Source: an uncultured Oligoflexus sp. (GTDB lineage: Bacteria; Bdellovibrionota_B; Oligoflexia; Oligoflexales; Oligoflexaceae). Taken from it: a DNA stretch of 19,431 nt. How positions within the stretch are numbered: position 1 is the first letter of the stretch; every line of letters begins with the position of its first letter. The notes beneath the pieces are model-generated. The model did not search any database and was not told where the DNA came from. It saw only the letters and a program-made list of their open reading frames with translations. Location of the stretch: positions 1 to 19,431 of the forward strand of contig CAXSGP010000090.1 in assembly GCA_964236955.1 (NCBI GenBank), read 5' to 3'. Shown piece after piece: positions 17,555-19,431 of this stretch. A program made the position numbers and the translations under genes.

Positions 17555-19300
17555 ATGAGAACCGAGCCAAAGAAAGACATTGAAAATATCGATGCGACGC
17601 GGGTACCCGAGCCCGTGGTCAAGATACTTCTCGTGGATGATCTGAAGGATAATCTGCTGGCTTTGGAAGCGCTGCTCAGGCGCGAGGACTTAGAAGTATT
17701 CAAGGCCCGCTCCGGTAGAGAGGCGTTGGAGTATCTGGTTAACCATGAATTTGCGGTGGCCCTCGTCGATGTTCAAATGCCAGGTATGAGTGGCTTTGAA
17801 CTTGCGGAATTTATGCGCGGAACCAAGCGTACCAAGGCTATTCCCATCATCTTCGTGACCGCAACTGCGAAGGACCAGGGATTTTCTTTTAAAGGCTATG
17901 AAAGTGGAGCTGTAGACTTTCTTTTGAAGCCTCTCGATTCACATGCGGTCAAAAGCAAGGTGAACATCTTCGTTGAAATCCATCGTCAGAAAAATCTTCT
18001 TAAAAATCAGCTGGAAACGATCACTAACCTCCTCGATGCTGTCAGTCAGTCAAAGCGTGAGGCGGAAAGGGCGAATGAATCAAAGTCACAGTTCCTGGCC
18101 AACATGAGTCACGAGATCCGTACTCCACTCAGTGCAATTTTGGGCTACTCTGAGCTCCTGGCTTATCCAGAGCAGTCTAAAACGGAGACGCTTGATTGCT
18201 GCATTGGTATTCAACGCAACATTGAGCATCTTTCGAAACTCATCGACGAAATTCTCGACATTTCAAAAATCGAGGCAGGCAAGCTTGAGGTGGAACTTCT
18301 CCCCTTTGCCCTGCTGCCTGAGCTGAGTGATATTTTCGGTTCCTTTCGGAATCAGATCAAAGCCAAAGGATTGACTTTTACCGTCAATTTTCTTGGCAAA
18401 ATTCCTGAAACTATAACAACGAGTTCGCTGCGGCTGCGGCAAATACTCCTCAATATTATCGGCAACGCTTTAAAGTTTACGGTAAGGGGTGGTATTGAAG
18501 TCGATATTAGTCTGGTGCAGGGAATCGAAGGAGAGGGTAAAAAAGATCAAGGGGAAGAAAAAGATGCAGAGGGAGGGGGCAGAACCTTTCCCTTGCTGCA
18601 ATTTGAAATCAGAGATACGGGCTGCGGGCTCACTCCGGAGCAGCAGGCGCGGCTTTTCCGTCCTTTTGTTCAGGCCGACAGCTCGATCACCCGAAAGCAT
18701 GGGGGAACCGGGCTGGGGCTGCTTCTTTCCAGGCGTTTTGCCGAGGCACTCGGGGGTGGTGTGGAGATCACCCAGAGCATTATAGGCAGCGGGAGTACCT
18801 TCGCCATTCGCCTTAACCCTGGTCCCATTGAAAACGTTTCGCATATCAATGGGCTAAGTGAAGGGGACCTATTTTCACAGAAGGTGATAGCGAAGGAAGG
18901 CTTTGGAGCGAGCAAGAGGCTGTTCAATATAAAGGTTCTGCTGGTAGAGGATGGCCCCGATATTCAGGTGCTTATGAAACGCATGCTTGAAATGAGCGGT
19001 GCGAAGGTTGAACTCGCTGTGAATGGGCTTGAAGCCGTAGGGATGGCTATGGAAGAAAGCTTTGATCTCATACTGATGGATATGCAGATGCCAGTTCTCG
19101 ATGGCTACGAGGCGACCCGACAGTTACTGGCCAGGGGCTATAGGAGCCCCATCGTAGCTCTCACGGCAAATTCCATGCAAGGGGAACGGGAAACATGTAT
19201 CAACGCAGGGTGTAGGGATTATCTTAGCAAGCCGGTCAAGGCCAAAGTCCTGGTTGATACCGTGGAAAGAATCGTCAGGCTAAGTCGGGCTGGGTTGTGA
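17555..19300 (+). CDS. Hybrid response regulator/histidine kinase (REC, HisKA, HATPase_c, REC)
   Basis: N-terminal REC ILLVDD...DVQMP...LLKP; [30 protein letters not shown]; C-terminal REC LMDMQMP...LSKP. AGGAG RBS at 17544-17548. Confidence 0.96.
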   Translation: [581 protein letters not shown]

Positions 19301-19319
19301 CGCCGAGGCTGCGGTCAGG

Positions 19320-19424
19320 TGGGGGTGGCTACGCCCACAGCCCAATATTTTTACATTGAGACATTTAAAATAACTTTCTTATAGGGGCTGTTGACGTTTG
19401 GCTACGCCAACGTCGAACATCCCC
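19320..19424. repeat. Two imperfect palindromes sharing the apex TGGCTACGCC (REP-like hairpins)
   Basis: The 10-mer occurs at 19326-19335 and 19399-19408. The second hairpin spans 19384-19424 (GGGG/CCCC, TGTT/AACA, GACGTT/AACGTC, GGC-TAC-GCC). Confidence 0.6.
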
Positions 19425-19431
19425 AGTAACG

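Noticed and set aside
13330..18927. Numerous 60-190 aa ORFs antisense to or within the kinase genes
   Set aside because: These are shadow ORFs inside well-supported coding regions.
19384..19431. Integron attC site
   Set aside because: The bulged hairpin lacks properly placed RYYYAAC/GTTRRRY boxes, and no integrase or cassette array is visible.

Overview
This is a bacterial genomic window of roughly 50% GC with no RNA genes, transposases or CRISPR arrays that I can support. The left part (1-3.8 kb) holds a YdeI/OmpD-associated protein, a ~500-aa lipoprotein with one CxxCH motif, and an SH3b lipoprotein. The rest (4.2-19.3 kb) is a dense, apparently all-cytoplasmic signalling cluster interrupted only by an aldo/keto reductase. 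It has three modules: (i) a FIST protein plus hybrid histidine kinase on the minus strand; (ii) cheY, a NosP-like FIST protein and an atypical CheA-like kinase (coiled coil, PAS-like, Hpt, HATPase; no CheW domain) behind a candidate sigma-28 promoter; and (iii) a triple-PAS/GAF/coiled-coil/3xREC hybrid kinase, cheR and a REC-HK-REC kinase, resembling a methyl-accepting coiled-coil (MAC) locus with no cheB. The best candidate for an undescribed system is module (ii), a chemotaxis-like pathway with no MCP or CheW in which FIST may be the sensor. Its Hpt domain is the only one in the window and might also serve the three Hpt-less hybrid kinases. The gene repertoire suggests Bdellovibrionota/Oligoflexia or a related lineage (inference only). 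All domain calls come from reading motifs by eye, not from database searches.
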